Shown: positions 19,697 through 29,415, counted from the first letter of the stretch. The stretch: DNA of 64,000 bases from an uncultured Alphaproteobacteria bacterium (GCA_943787445.1 CALSML010000001.1:57408-121407), one strand, 5' to 3'. Notes: generated by a model not told the origin, from the sequence alone. A program made the numbers and translations.

Positions 19697-20006
19697 GGTC
19701 CCGTGTCCCCGCCGCCAGAATTTCCTGTGCGCGCTTGTCGAAGGCATCAGCGTCCACCACGCCCTTTTCGATCAGCAACCGGATCATCCCGTCAAGGCGC
19801 CGACCGTAAAAGGTCGAGTTGGCGTAATAATCCGCCGGCATCTCCTCGACCGTCCGTCGGAACTCATCGGTGACGACCACACCCTTCACCTGCAACAAAT
19901 TGAAGGCAGCAATCATCTGCTTTTCCCAGAACAGCTGGTCGCGGTCTTCCTGGGGTACGGCCCCGGCCGGTTCACCGCCAATATCGGTTACGAGCTTGTC
20001 CACCAT
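19689..20006 (-). CDS. scnB: NHase beta N-terminal-half homolog (thiocyanate hydrolase beta-like subunit)
   Basis: DIGGEPAGAVPQEDRDQLFWEKQMIAAFNLL...TDEFRRTVEEMPADYYANSTFYGRRLDGMIRLLIEKGV matches the N-terminal domain of NHase beta. Confidence 0.7.
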   Translation of the reverse strand: MVDKLVTDIGGEPAGAVPQEDRDQLFWEKQMIAAFNLLQVKGVVVTDEFRRTVEEMPADYYANSTFYGRRLDGMIRLLIEKGVVDADAFDKRAQEILAAGTRDHV

Positions 20007-20039
20007 GGGTTCGTCCTGCTTGTGGTTTCGTTCGTGCGT

Positions 20040-20285
20040 TCAAAGACGTCGGTACAGTTTCACCGCGGAATAGAGCGCCGCCAGAGTCGCCACGAAAAAA
20101 CCGCCAAACAATGGGGTGGGCGGCACATCCCAGGCGAATTGTCGGGCGAGATCATAAACGACGTAAATCGAAAATGTCAGCGCCAGCCCAAGCATGAAGG
20201 TCTTGCCGCGCAGCGCAATCGCCAGAAAGATTCCCGCAACCACGACCTCGAGTGCGATGGAGACGAATTGAAGGTTTTCGATCAT
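20040..20285 (-). CDS. Small two-TM membrane protein, first gene of the NHase-like operon
   Basis: 81 aa with two hydrophobic helices, 34 nt upstream of scnB-like on the same strand. Confidence 0.4.
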   Translation of the reverse strand: MIENLQFVSIALEVVVAGIFLAIALRGKTFMLGLALTFSIYVVYDLARQFAWDVPPTPLFGGFFVATLAALYSAVKLYRRL

Positions 20286-20323
20286 AACTCAAAGCCTACC
20301 TCAATTCGTCTCCACGCGTGTGC

Positions 20324-21769
20324 CTAAAGGCCGGCCTGGGTGATGAACTTGGTGTTCAGATAAGCATCGATGGCTTCCGAGCCGCCTTCCGAGCCATAGC
20401 CGGAATCCTTGACCCCGCCGAACGGCGTTTCGATCAACCCGATCCCGTGATGGTTGATGGAAACCATCCCGCTCTCGAAGGCCGAGCCGATGGCTTCGGC
20501 GGTCTTGACGGATTTGGTATAGGCATAGGCTGCCAGCCCGTAATCGAGACGATTGGCTTCAGCCACAACCGCATCGAAATCCGAGAAGGACGAGATCGGC
20601 GCGACCGGGCCAAACGGCTCTTCGTTCATGATCCGCGCATCCAGCGGCACATCGGTCATCACCGTCGGCTCGAAGAAATAGCCCTTGTTGCCCTTACGCT
20701 TGCCGCCGGTCTGCAGCGTCGCACCCTTGCCCACGGCATCGGAGACAAAGCCCTCGATTGCATCGATCCGGCGGTCATGGGCCAGCGGGCCCATCTTGTT
20801 GTCCGGGTCCATACCATCGCCCACCGGCAGGGTGGCGGCGAATTCAGTGAAGCCTTCCACGAAGCGGTCATAGTGCTTTTCGTGCACCAAGAAGCGGGTC
20901 GGGGACACGCAGACCTGTCCGGCATTGCGGAACTTGTTGGCGGTTAGCACCTTGAGTGCGACCTCCACATCGGCATCCTCGAACACGATGGCCGGCGAAT
21001 GGCCGCCCAGCTCCATGGTCACACGCTTCATATGCGCACCGGCCAGTGCAGCCAGCTGCTTGCCGACCGCCGTGGAGCCCGTGAAGGTCACCTTGCGGAT
21101 GGTGCGATGGGGAATGAGGTATTCGGAGATTTCGGCGGGAACGCCATAGACCAGATTGACCACACCATCGGGCAGTCCGGCATCCACGAAACACCGGACC
21201 AGTGCCGCGCAACTCGCCGGGGTCTCTTCCGGGCCCTTGAGGATGATCGAGCAGCCGGCTGCAACAGCGCCCGAAAGCTTGCGCACGGCCTGATTGATCG
21301 GGAAGTTCCACGGCGTGAAGGCTGCGACCGGGCCGACCGGCTCTTTCACGACCATTTGGGTCACGCCGCCCATGCGTGCCGGGATCACCCAGCCATAGGC
21401 CCGGCGGGCCTCTTCAGCGAACCAGTCGATGATGTCGGCCCCGAACAGGGTCTCGATCTTGGCTTCGCCCAGCGGCTTGCCCTGTTCCATGGTCATCATG
21501 GCGCCAATTTCGTCGGCGCGTTCACGGACCAGATTGGCGGCCTTACGCATGACGTTGTAGCGCTCCATGGCCGAGACCTCTTTCCAGACGCGGAACCCGG
21601 CTTCCGCGGCTTCCAGCGCGGCATCCAGATCGGGGATGCGGGCATGGGCCACATTGCCGATCGGCTCTTCCGTCGCCGGGTTGAGCACGTCGATGGTTTC
21701 ACCGGCGGCCGCCGGCATCCACTTGCCGGCAATATGGAGTTCGGTGTTCGGGTATGCGTTGGTCATTGC
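20324..21769 (-). CDS. NAD(P)-dependent aldehyde dehydrogenase family protein
   Basis: ALDH family N-terminus ([29 protein letters not shown]) and a 481 aa length. RBS AGGGAAG upstream of MTNAYP. Confidence 0.85.
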   Translation of the reverse strand, partial: AMTNAYPNTELHIAGKWMPAAAGETIDVLNPATEEPIGNVAHARIPDLDAALEAAEAGFRVWKEVSAMERYNVMRKAANLVRERADEIGAMMTMEQGKPLGEAKIETLFGADIIDWFAEEARRAYGWVIPARMGGVTQMVVKEPVGPVAAFTPWNFPINQAVRKLSGAVAAGCSIILKGPEETPASCAALVRCFVDAGLPDGVVNLVYGVPAEISEYLIPHRTIRKVTFTGSTAVGKQLAALAGAHMKRVTMELGGHSPAIVFEDADVEVALKVLTANKFRNAGQVCVSPTRFLVHEKHYDRFVEGFTEFAATLPVGDGMDPDNKMGPLAHDRRIDAIEGFVSDAVGKGATLQTGGKRKGNKGYFFEPTVMTDVPLDARIMNEEPFGPVAPISSFSDFDAVVAEANRLDYGLAAYAYTKSVKTAEAIGSAFESGMVSINHHGIGLIETPFGGVKDSGYGSEGGSEAIDAYLNTKFITQAGL

Positions 21770-21875
21770 GGTCTTCCCTGAGTAAGTCGTCTCTGTTTGG
21801 ATTGGGCGCACTATGCCACAGCCGGACGCAAGACAAGAGTCCGACCGCAAGCGAATTCACCCGCGTGACTGGGCC

Positions 21876-22559
21876 CTAGGCGGCTTCGGCCGCCGCGCTG
21901 GCCCGGGCGTTCAAATCCTCGAAATCGTCCGGCCAGTTATCGGCCAGCCAGCGCAGATAGGTTTTCATATTCGCCGGGTCGATCTGCAGCGAGTTCTTGA
22001 TCTTGTCGACTTCGGGCTGCGCCTCGATGGTCAGCTTGAGGGAGTCGTTGAAGCGGTTGATCATGTTGAACATGCTGCAGATCAGCGTGAGTTCGACAAT
22101 CTCCCCCTCGTTGAACTGTGCCTGCACCCGCTCATAAACATCATCACGCGTCGCCGCGGTGTTCCTGGTCATGTGCTCGGCCCATTCGATGGCCGCGCGC
22201 TCGCGGTCATCGAAGAGGTCCGATGTCATGTAGTCGTCGGAGGACATCGCGATCACCTGTTCATGGGTGATCCCGGCGGCCGCCCCCAACGCCGTGTTGT
22301 GGGCGAAGCAGTATTCGCAGCCATTGATATGGCTGGTCTTGATGATAACCATTTCCTTGATCTTGCCCGAGAGGCGCACACCGGGCCATTCGCGCTGGTT
22401 GCCCGCCTGAAAGGGCAGAAACAGCATCGCCAGATAGGGCGCATGGGCCATGGTGCGATAGGCGTTCGGCACCCGGCCGATCATGCTGGTAACCGCGCCG
22501 AAGAAATCCTGCAGTTCCTCGGGGGCATTTTCCGGATTGATGACGGGTATTCTTGCCAC
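21876..22559 (-). CDS. Carboxymuconolactone decarboxylase family protein (AhpD-like). GTG start.
   Basis: RIPVINPENAPEE N-terminus and the HINGCEYCFAHNT motif, which is the AhpD-like CxxC/His region. Confidence 0.7.
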   Translation of the reverse strand: MARIPVINPENAPEELQDFFGAVTSMIGRVPNAYRTMAHAPYLAMLFLPFQAGNQREWPGVRLSGKIKEMVIIKTSHINGCEYCFAHNTALGAAAGITHEQVIAMSSDDYMTSDLFDDRERAAIEWAEHMTRNTAATRDDVYERVQAQFNEGEIVELTLICSMFNMINRFNDSLKLTIEAQPEVDKIKNSLQIDPANMKTYLRWLADNWPDDFEDLNARASAAAEAA

Positions 22560-22608
22560 GATGTTCTCTCCCCTTTTTCTGATTGTCCGGCGATCGGGTC
22601 GTGCGCCC

Positions 22609-23709
22609 CTAGAGCGCGCGCGCGTAGGTTGCCAGCTTGTCTTCGTCGACCTCCACACCCAGCCCGGGCCCGTCCGGCGTCGAGACATGACCGCCGACCA
22701 CGGCGATCGGATTGCGAACCACATCGGTGGCCAGATAGGGGGTGGTCGGGCTGACCCCCCAGGCCAGTGTCCGCGCGGGAAGCGGCCAGATGCAGCACCG
22801 CCGCGCTGGACACGCTGGTCTCCGCCGTCTTGCCGGCCAGGTTCACATTCATGCCCAGTTCGGCGAAGAGCTTTGTCGCCTCATGAGCCCGGGTGACGCC
22901 GCCCAGCTTGATCATCTTGACGCTGCCCCCCTGGGCCGCCCCCATCGCGTGATGACGACGCACGTCATCGAAACTGTGCAGGCCTTCATCGGCAGCAATC
23001 GGACAGGATGATTCCCCGGCGATCATCGCCATGCCTTCCACGTCATGCCCGTGAAGCGGCTGTTCGAGAAAATCGAGAACCGCACTGGCCCCCCGCGCGA
23101 ACGACACCGCTTCATCCCTGTTCCAGCCCTGATTGGTGTCCGATGACAGCTGGACCGCCCCGGCCAGCGCGTCGCCGATCGCATTGGTGCGTTCGATATC
23201 CTGATCCACGGGTTTGCCGCCGACCTTGATCTTCATGGCCGCATAGCCTTCGTCAGCGCCTTCGCGCGCATCCCCGACATCGGTCGCCAGATCGCCGGTC
23301 GCCAGCATCTTGACCACCGGCATGCGCGCACGCTGCACGCCGCCCAGCAGCTCGGCGACAGACATTTTCCGGGCCTTGCCGGCAAGATCATAAAGCGCGA
23401 TCTCAAGCACCGTCTTGGCGCTGGCATTACCATAGAGGCGCCAGTCCATTTCCTTCTTGTTGTCCATGAAGTCCGCCGGATCACGCCCCGTCAGGAACGG
23501 CGTCAGATAGCGGATCGCCGCGACCATGCTTTCGACCGTCTCCCCGGTCATCGCCGGTGAGGACGAGGCCTCGCCCCAGCCGACCAGCCCCGTATCGGTC
23601 TCGATCCGGGCAAACACATTCTCGGAGACCGAGATTTCGACCCCCGACATCTTAAACGGCCGCAGAAGCGGCAGATCGGCAATGATGGGGTCAATCCTGA
23701 TGATTTTCA
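22609..23709 (-). CDS. Mandelate racemase/muconate lactonizing enzyme (enolase superfamily) protein. Frameshifted near the C-terminus at a C6/G6 homopolymer (pseudogene or sequencing error).
   Basis: MKIIRIDPII...KIKVGG...LHLAAS is MR/MLE. After ...RADTGLG the reading frame becomes junk. The -1 frame gives a typical MLE C-terminus (GVSPTTPYLATDVVRNPIAVVGGHVSTPDGPGLGVEVDEDKLATYARAL*) ending near 22609. Confidence 0.75.
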
Positions 23710-23780
23710 TGGTGCGGAATTCCTGCTCACCCAATTCGCGTGTACTTCTACAATAAGGGGAAACCCGGCGGATGCCAGCC

Positions 23781-24812
23781 TCAAGCCGTTGCGCGCCGGG
23801 GAATGCCGCCAATCGTGACCCAGTGGTAGCGTTCATCGAGCAACGGCGAAAGTGGCCGTCGCACGTCATCCTCGAGCGCGATCCACAAACGCAGCAGCAG
23901 TCGTTTGCGGGCCGGTTCGTCCCAATCCTCGAACGGAGAGCGGCCATGAAGGGTCGTGTGGTTGTTGATGAACTGCATGTCGCCCGGCTCAAAGGTCATC
24001 GACAACCGCATCTCGGGACGTTCCGCCACCGAATGGGCGAATTCGAGCGCCGCCCATTGCGTGGGGCTGGGTGCCAGCTCTTCGCCATGGCGGGTGGTCG
24101 ACCGCACGAAGAACCGGTTGGTGAACCGCGACGTGATTTTGCCCGACGCGACGGAGAACATCGGCACCTGATACCAGGGCTTCTGTCCATCCGGCTCATC
24201 GCCGCGCCAGTCCACATTGATGGGTTCGTAGAGATGCGGGAGCAAATCCGGACGCTCCGCGCGAATGACATTGTGCATGGCCAACGCGCTAACGATATGG
24301 CTCTCGCCGCCCATCCGGGCATCGTTGACACAGAACAGGCCGAGGATATCGGCGGGCAACTGGTCGCAGTGGAACTGCAGCGCACCCGCCGTCTTGTACC
24401 CGCGCACATTGGCGTCATCCATCACGCCACCCTCATCCTGCACATAGCCGATCAGGTCGCCGCGCAGGCTCTGGGAGATCGACCGGCCCAGATGAGCGCC
24501 GATGCCCCAATAGATGAGTTCGCATTCCTCTGTCGTGTAGCGATCCCGGGGCAAGCCGCGCAGCAGCGCGACGCCGTATCCGTGACAAACCATGTCGCGA
24601 AGATGGGCCAGTCGGGCGCGCAGATGGTCGAGCGGAAAATCCGCCGTTGCAAACGGAACCTGCACGCCCCGCGACATCGCAACGTTCAGCGCGCCATCGA
24701 TCTCCGCGATATCCGAGTCATCAAGGTGGATGATCCAGTCATCCACAAGCTGCAGATTCCGGCCCAGCCAGACATCCGGTCCGTCCAGGTGATCCGTCAC
24801 CATATCGATCAT
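23781..24812 (-). CDS. TauD/TfdA family Fe(II)/2-oxoglutarate-dependent dioxygenase
   Basis: Length, the QFHCDQ...H region and overall TauD-like pattern. It is the first gene of the same-strand operon with the MLE, CMD and ALDH genes. Confidence 0.65.
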   Translation of the reverse strand: MIDMVTDHLDGPDVWLGRNLQLVDDWIIHLDDSDIAEIDGALNVAMSRGVQVPFATADFPLDHLRARLAHLRDMVCHGYGVALLRGLPRDRYTTEECELIYWGIGAHLGRSISQSLRGDLIGYVQDEGGVMDDANVRGYKTAGALQFHCDQLPADILGLFCVNDARMGGESHIVSALAMHNVIRAERPDLLPHLYEPINVDWRGDEPDGQKPWYQVPMFSVASGKITSRFTNRFFVRSTTRHGEELAPSPTQWAALEFAHSVAERPEMRLSMTFEPGDMQFINNHTTLHGRSPFEDWDEPARKRLLLRLWIALEDDVRRPLSPLLDERYHWVTIGGIPRRATA

Positions 24813-24989
24813 TCAGGTCATCCCCCACCGAACGGGCAATTGCAGCCCACAGGGTCATGAATCACGAGAGACCCGTCAAGTCGACTCCCGACGCGCATTG
24901 TCCTGTGTGTGACACGACAGTACCGTGACGGCCCGTCTCGTGATGAGCGGGTTCTTTCGCCGCCGGGGGCACGACACAATGGGACGATC

Positions 24990-26231
24990 ATGACCACGAC
25001 GGCCGGTGTGCGCGGTCTCCTGCGTGACGTCCAGTTCCTGCGCGTCTGGCTAGTCGGGATTTTCAGCGGTGTGGCCCGCTGGCTCGAAATGCTAGTCGCG
25101 GGCGTCTATGCCTTCGACACCACCGGCTCCCCCTTCCTTGTTGCCCTGCTGGTGATCCTGCGCATGGGCCCGCTCGTGGTCCTCGGTTCGGTCGTCGGCA
25201 CCTTCGCGGACCGCCTGCCCCCCAAGCTTCTGCTCAGCCTCACCATGGCCGGCGCCATGCTCGTGTCGGGCAGCGTCTTCGTGCTGTTCCTGACCGGACA
25301 GGATTCCTACTGGATCGTCGCCTTCGCCTCCTTCGTCTCCGGTCTGGTCTGGACCACCGACATGCCCCTGCGCCGCCGGGTCTTGGGGGACATCGCCGGG
25401 ATGGAGCGCGTCTCGGTGGCCATGGGGCTCGACGCCGCCAGCAACAATGGCACCCGCATGCTCGGACCTTTGCTGGGGGGCCTGATCTTTCAGTGGCTGG
25501 GAGCGGGCGGGGCCTATCTGCTCAGCACCGCGCTCTATGCCGCCTGCGTGGGATTGCTGATCTTCCTGTCCGTCCAGACCGGGCAGGCGGTTGCCACCCG
25601 TGCCGCCTCCCGGGCCCTTGACGACCTGCGGGCCGGCTTTGCCTATGTGATCCACAACCGGGATGTGATGCGCATCATGCTGGTGACGATCGTCTTCAAC
25701 CTCTGGGGGTTTCCGTTCCTCGCCATGATCCCGGTGGTCGGGCGGGACGAATTGCAGATCTCAGCCAGCCTCATCGGCGGCCTGACCGCACTGGAAGGCG
25801 GTGGCGCCTTTCTCGGCGCACTGATCATCGCGGCGCGGGTGCGGATCGCCAGTTACCGGCGCCTCTATTATTTCGGCATGCTGGGCTATCTGATCGCGGC
25901 CTTCACCGCAGGCTGGATGGCGGACGTGGTGCCCATGGCGCTGGTCTTCATTGTTGTCGGCCTGTGCGCAGCTGGGTTCTCCACCATGCAGTCCACGCTG
26001 ATCTACACGGTCGCCCCGCCGGAGATGCGCGGGCGCCTGTTCGGTGTGCTGGTGATCTGCATCGGCAGCGGCCTGATTGGGTTCACCAATATCGGCCTGA
26101 TGGGGGAATGGTTCGGCGGCTCGACCGCCATGCGCATCGTCGCGGCCGAGGGCCTCATCCCCCTGTTGCTGATCGGGTATGGCTGGCGCGAACTCTGGTC
26201 CCGCGATACCTATGACCGGGGCACCCGATAA
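24990..26231 (+). CDS. MFS transporter
   Basis: 12-TM MFS architecture (LRVWLVGIFSGVARWLEMLVAGVYAF...). Confidence 0.75.
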   Translation: MTTTAGVRGLLRDVQFLRVWLVGIFSGVARWLEMLVAGVYAFDTTGSPFLVALLVILRMGPLVVLGSVVGTFADRLPPKLLLSLTMAGAMLVSGSVFVLFLTGQDSYWIVAFASFVSGLVWTTDMPLRRRVLGDIAGMERVSVAMGLDAASNNGTRMLGPLLGGLIFQWLGAGGAYLLSTALYAACVGLLIFLSVQTGQAVATRAASRALDDLRAGFAYVIHNRDVMRIMLVTIVFNLWGFPFLAMIPVVGRDELQISASLIGGLTALEGGGAFLGALIIAARVRIASYRRLYYFGMLGYLIAAFTAGWMADVVPMALVFIVVGLCAAGFSTMQSTLIYTVAPPEMRGRLFGVLVICIGSGLIGFTNIGLMGEWFGGSTAMRIVAAEGLIPLLLIGYGWRELWSRDTYDRGTR

Positions 26232-26280
26232 CAACCCCTCTGGAAGTTTCAAACACCGGGGAGTTTGTTATGTTGCCCCC

Positions 26281-26604
26281 ATGGACATGATCGCGATCTG
26301 GTTTGGGGCCCTGATCCCCACATTGCTTCTCAGCCGCCTGACCCTGCTGCCCGTCAAACCGGAGCATCGCGGGCGCCCGTCTCGGCTGCTGTTGGCCCAC
26401 GCCATCGCCTTCGCGCTCTGCGTTCTGCTGCTGGGCCTCACCGATGGCGAGGGGGGAATCGGCGGCCGCATCGCAAACATGTTCGGCGACGGACTGGTCT
26501 CCGGCGCGCGGGTCTATGCCCTGCCCCAGATCTTCTGGTTCATCCTGGAATGGGTCTGGCGCGCCCGCACTGCCCGGCAACAGGTCCGGGTCGAAGACGA
26601 ATAG
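26281..26604 (+). CDS. Hypothetical small membrane protein
   Basis: MDMIAIWFGALIPTLLL... hydrophobic segments. No recognised motif. Confidence 0.35.
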   Translation: MDMIAIWFGALIPTLLLSRLTLLPVKPEHRGRPSRLLLAHAIAFALCVLLLGLTDGEGGIGGRIANMFGDGLVSGARVYALPQIFWFILEWVWRARTARQQVRVEDE

Positions 26605-26617
26605 TTTTTCAGGAAAA

Positions 26618-26693
26618 TGGTGCCGCCTGCAGGATTCGAACCTGCGACCCCCGCATTACGAATGCGATGCTCTACCAACTGAGCTAAGGCGGC
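26618..26693 (-). tRNA. tRNA-Thr (anticodon CGT), 76 nt including encoded CCA
   Basis: Reverse complement GCCGCCTTAGCTCAGTTGGTAGAGCATCGCATTCGTAATGCGGGGGTCGCAGGTTCGAATCCTGCAGGCGGCACCA folds as a cloverleaf. The acceptor is GCCGCCT/AGGCGGC, the anticodon loop is TTCGTAA, and the T-arm is GCAGG-TTCGAAT-CCTGC. Confidence 0.9.
26636..26662. repeat. Left copy of 27-bp perfect direct repeat TCGAACCTGCGACCCCCGCATTACGAA (inside tRNA-Thr, anticodon stem to T-loop). Putative att core.
   Basis: Exact match to 31133..31159. Confidence 0.8.
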
Positions 26694-27111
26694 GCCGATT
26701 TGCGAGGCCTTACCTATGTAAGGCCGTCGATTGGGTCAAGCGATTTGCGTGTCGGCCGGACTGAAGTTGCCCAAAGCCTTATTCACCAACATTTCCCGGT
26801 CGGAATTGCCGTCAGAGACCATAGCGATTTAAGGGTCAAATTTTTGGTTTTTTCTGCTTGTTCCACATCCTTGGTTGATGTTGATCCCCGTATTATACGC
26901 TCACCCGAATCCGATGTGAATCGACTAGTCAGTGGAACAGGATTGGAACAAGGGTTTTAGGGTCAGGAGAAAATTGTCGCTGTGACACGGTTCCATCTCA
27001 GGACGTCACGACAACCCCCACCCCGGAGGGACAAAAATCGACCCCCTGCCGAATATATATATTGGAAGATGGCCCGGATAAATTTTAGGCCAGAGTAACC
27101 AGAGTTCCCGT

Positions 27112-27756
27112 TTAGTGCCTCAGGCTCTCACACGCGACACCGTCACGATCACCATCAAGTCGATGAGGATCACCGGGCTTGGCTGCCTCGAAGAAGCTCT
27201 GAGCTTCTTGCCACGTCTGAAAATCTCCACAGTCTTTGTCGCGAGGCATTTGGCCCGGTTTGGAATTTCCTCGCCTACCTCGCCGCCATTGCTCTGGAGC
27301 GACAAAACTTCCTGACCAAATGCCGAGTCCTGATTTCTGTGCTTCCATCTCTTCGATGACGTAGTCGGTCGAGTAGCGCCGGTAGGCTATCGCCCAACCG
27401 GTAGCAACCATCTCGCGGTTAAGTTCAACTCCGAGCGGTCCCCCTATCGAGCAGACAGCAATAATTCGACCGTAACGATCTTTGTCGATCTCTGAGCAAT
27501 CGACCCAATGGTTCTCAACCAAGGCAGCCAGAGCAGCTGTTGCCTCGAAACCACAACGCCAATCCTGACCATTGCGCGAACAAACTTGATCGCTCTCAGG
27601 CGCATCAATTCCGTGAAGGCGAACAGCGACCGAACCAAATTTGAGGGAGTCTCCGTCCACGACACGCGGTTTGCCGCTGATGGCCTCAGCGCCTTGAACG
27701 CCAATAGCGATCACGCTGATTGCAGTCGCGCAAAATAGTTTGAAAAGGTGAACCAT
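27112..27756 (-). CDS. Secreted thermonuclease (staphylococcal nuclease-like) with C-terminal Excalibur calcium-binding domain
   Basis: Signal peptide. RVVDGDSLKF...VRLHGIDAPE...DRYGRIIAVC...GWAIAYRRY is SNase-like. The C-terminal DKDCGDFQTWQEAQSFFEAAKPGDPHRLDGDRDGVACESL is an Excalibur motif. Confidence 0.8.
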   Translation of the reverse strand: MVHLFKLFCATAISVIAIGVQGAEAISGKPRVVDGDSLKFGSVAVRLHGIDAPESDQVCSRNGQDWRCGFEATAALAALVENHWVDCSEIDKDRYGRIIAVCSIGGPLGVELNREMVATGWAIAYRRYSTDYVIEEMEAQKSGLGIWSGSFVAPEQWRRGRRGNSKPGQMPRDKDCGDFQTWQEAQSFFEAAKPGDPHRLDGDRDGVACESLRH

Positions 27757-27797
27757 GGCTTTCAGGGACTCATCGTTCTGACCGACCCGACGTCCTA

Positions 27798-28103
27798 TCA
27801 GTCACTCTTCGTACAGTGGCTTTGCCACAACGTCGATAGCTGGGTCATCTCGGTCAGCGCAGCCCTGTAACGCTGGTCCATAATGTCGTAATGAGTTTGC
27901 AAATCCTCATTTGCAACATTGGGCTGACGCATATCGCGCATCAGAGAAATTAAGACGGTCATATGCGATGAGGTTTTCCGCATCTGCGACGCCAACGTCG
28001 GGCACATCTGCGGGTCGATAAGAGGTACCTCGTCACTTGCAGATGATCTCCCTCCCATGAGCAGCAGTCCCGAAACGCAGAGGGTGGAAATTAAGAGCCT
28101 CAT
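27798..28103 (-). CDS. Hypothetical secreted small protein
   Basis: N-terminal signal peptide MRLLISTLCVSGLLLMGG. No recognised motif. Located within the island, upstream on the same strand as the nuclease. Confidence 0.4.
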   Translation of the reverse strand: MRLLISTLCVSGLLLMGGRSSASDEVPLIDPQMCPTLASQMRKTSSHMTVLISLMRDMRQPNVANEDLQTHYDIMDQRYRAALTEMTQLSTLWQSHCTKSD

Positions 28104-28359
28104 AACAAATTCCTATTAGATGAATCCTTCTACTTTATAGACGACAACCAGAGACCTCTCAGCTGGGCCCAGGAGAGCCATACAAAGGCTTTGTGACTGT
28201 ATCTAAGGAAGGTAACTGACGAAAGACCAGACCTCTTACAGAGCTATAATTTTGCCTATTTATCCCAGCGTTTCCAGTGCTTTGCGGGTATTCTCTCCAG
28301 AATACGAAAAGGCCCCCGGAGATTTGTCTCACGAGGGCCTGATCATATTTCTTATAGGG

Positions 28360-28674
28360 TTAACCTGCAGCGGTATACGCACTTGCTGCTGCTTGAGCCG
28401 CCGAAACTACTTTCGGCATATCAATTTCCTCGAGGTAGTCAGCCTCTTCGAAAGCACCACTCGCCTTAATTGCAAGAACAAGACCCATCGCCGTTTCATG
28501 GTCTTTGACCTCTACGCGGACAACGACGTCGTATTTCCCTCGAACGAAGGCGATGTAGTCAGATGTGCCACCAACCGCATCCATCAGTTTTTTGATCGCA
28601 GCTTCTCGATCTGAGCCACCAATCAGACCCTTCAGCGCATGCGGGGCATATTTTCCTAGAAGTAATGCTTTCAT
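28360..28674 (-). CDS. GYD domain-containing protein
   Basis: About 104 aa, MKALLLGKY...GGTSDYIAFVRGKYDVVVRVEV...AMGLVLAIKASGA pattern consistent with the GYD family. A probable terminator hairpin lies downstream (about 28303..28345). Confidence 0.55.
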   Translation of the reverse strand: MKALLLGKYAPHALKGLIGGSDREAAIKKLMDAVGGTSDYIAFVRGKYDVVVRVEVKDHETAMGLVLAIKASGAFEEADYLEEIDMPKVVSAAQAAASAYTAAG

Positions 28675-29151
28675 AATGTCCTCTCTGAATTATCTACCTA
28701 CGGATAACTATCTACACCTAACTCGTGAACGAAAGAGAACCTAATTTTTAACAAAGGCACTCCGTTTGAGGCTGAACGTAACGCTACAGCATCCTCAGGT
28801 CGTATGGTCGAGAAGCTGATCGACTCGTACCCAATGTCGGTCGCCTCAGGCAGCCTCGCTGTGCCTCACAATGCACTGGCAACTCTGGAGCGTCTGCAAA
28901 ATCTTGAACCTGCAAGACGGTTTGAGGTTCGTAACCCTGATCCTGATGAGATAGACCGACAGATCGCTCACTACCTTGATGTCATTGGGACTGGCCAAAA
29001 CAAAAGGCCCCCGGACAGGATGCATTTCAGTGAGCCTTAGATTGTGACCAATTCCGAACGTCACACCAAAAGTCTGTTACAGACTTATAAATATTTTGAT
29101 TTGGTTATTTTATGGAACTCCATTGGGCAGGTTCCATATTGCAACTCAGCA

Positions 29152-29415
29152 TCAAGTGTTCTTGACCACCTTAATCCCCTTTCCTCCCCGACCACGAGAC
29201 TTATAAATCGTATAGCCCTTTGCGCCTAAGTTGAGTGATTCAACGCCTTCGGCCGAAGAGAGTATACTTGCAATTTTCTCTGCAACTTTATCCGACTTTT
29301 CTAACTTAGAATTGGCCTTCCGCCATTCATCAAATGCCTTTTGTCCTAATTCGTCGCCTATTGATTTCTTCAAAGCGTTTAATTTGCGAATTTCGCCTTT
29401 GGTCAAATCTGACAT
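29152..29415 (-). CDS. Hypothetical Lys-rich small protein
   Basis: 87 aa ORF with an AT-rich promoter-like region upstream. No recognised motif. Confidence 0.3.
   Translation of the reverse strand: MSDLTKGEIRKLNALKKSIGDELGQKAFDEWRKANSKLEKSDKVAEKIASILSSAEGVESLNLGAKGYTIYKSRGRGGKGIKVVKNT

Noticed and set aside
23710-23992. 94-aa N-terminal extension of the MR/MLE ORF
   Set aside because: Cys/Arg-rich junk. MKIIRIDP is the canonical MLE start.
23772-24860. 362-aa plus-strand ORF opposite the TauD-like gene
   Set aside because: Antisense artefact.
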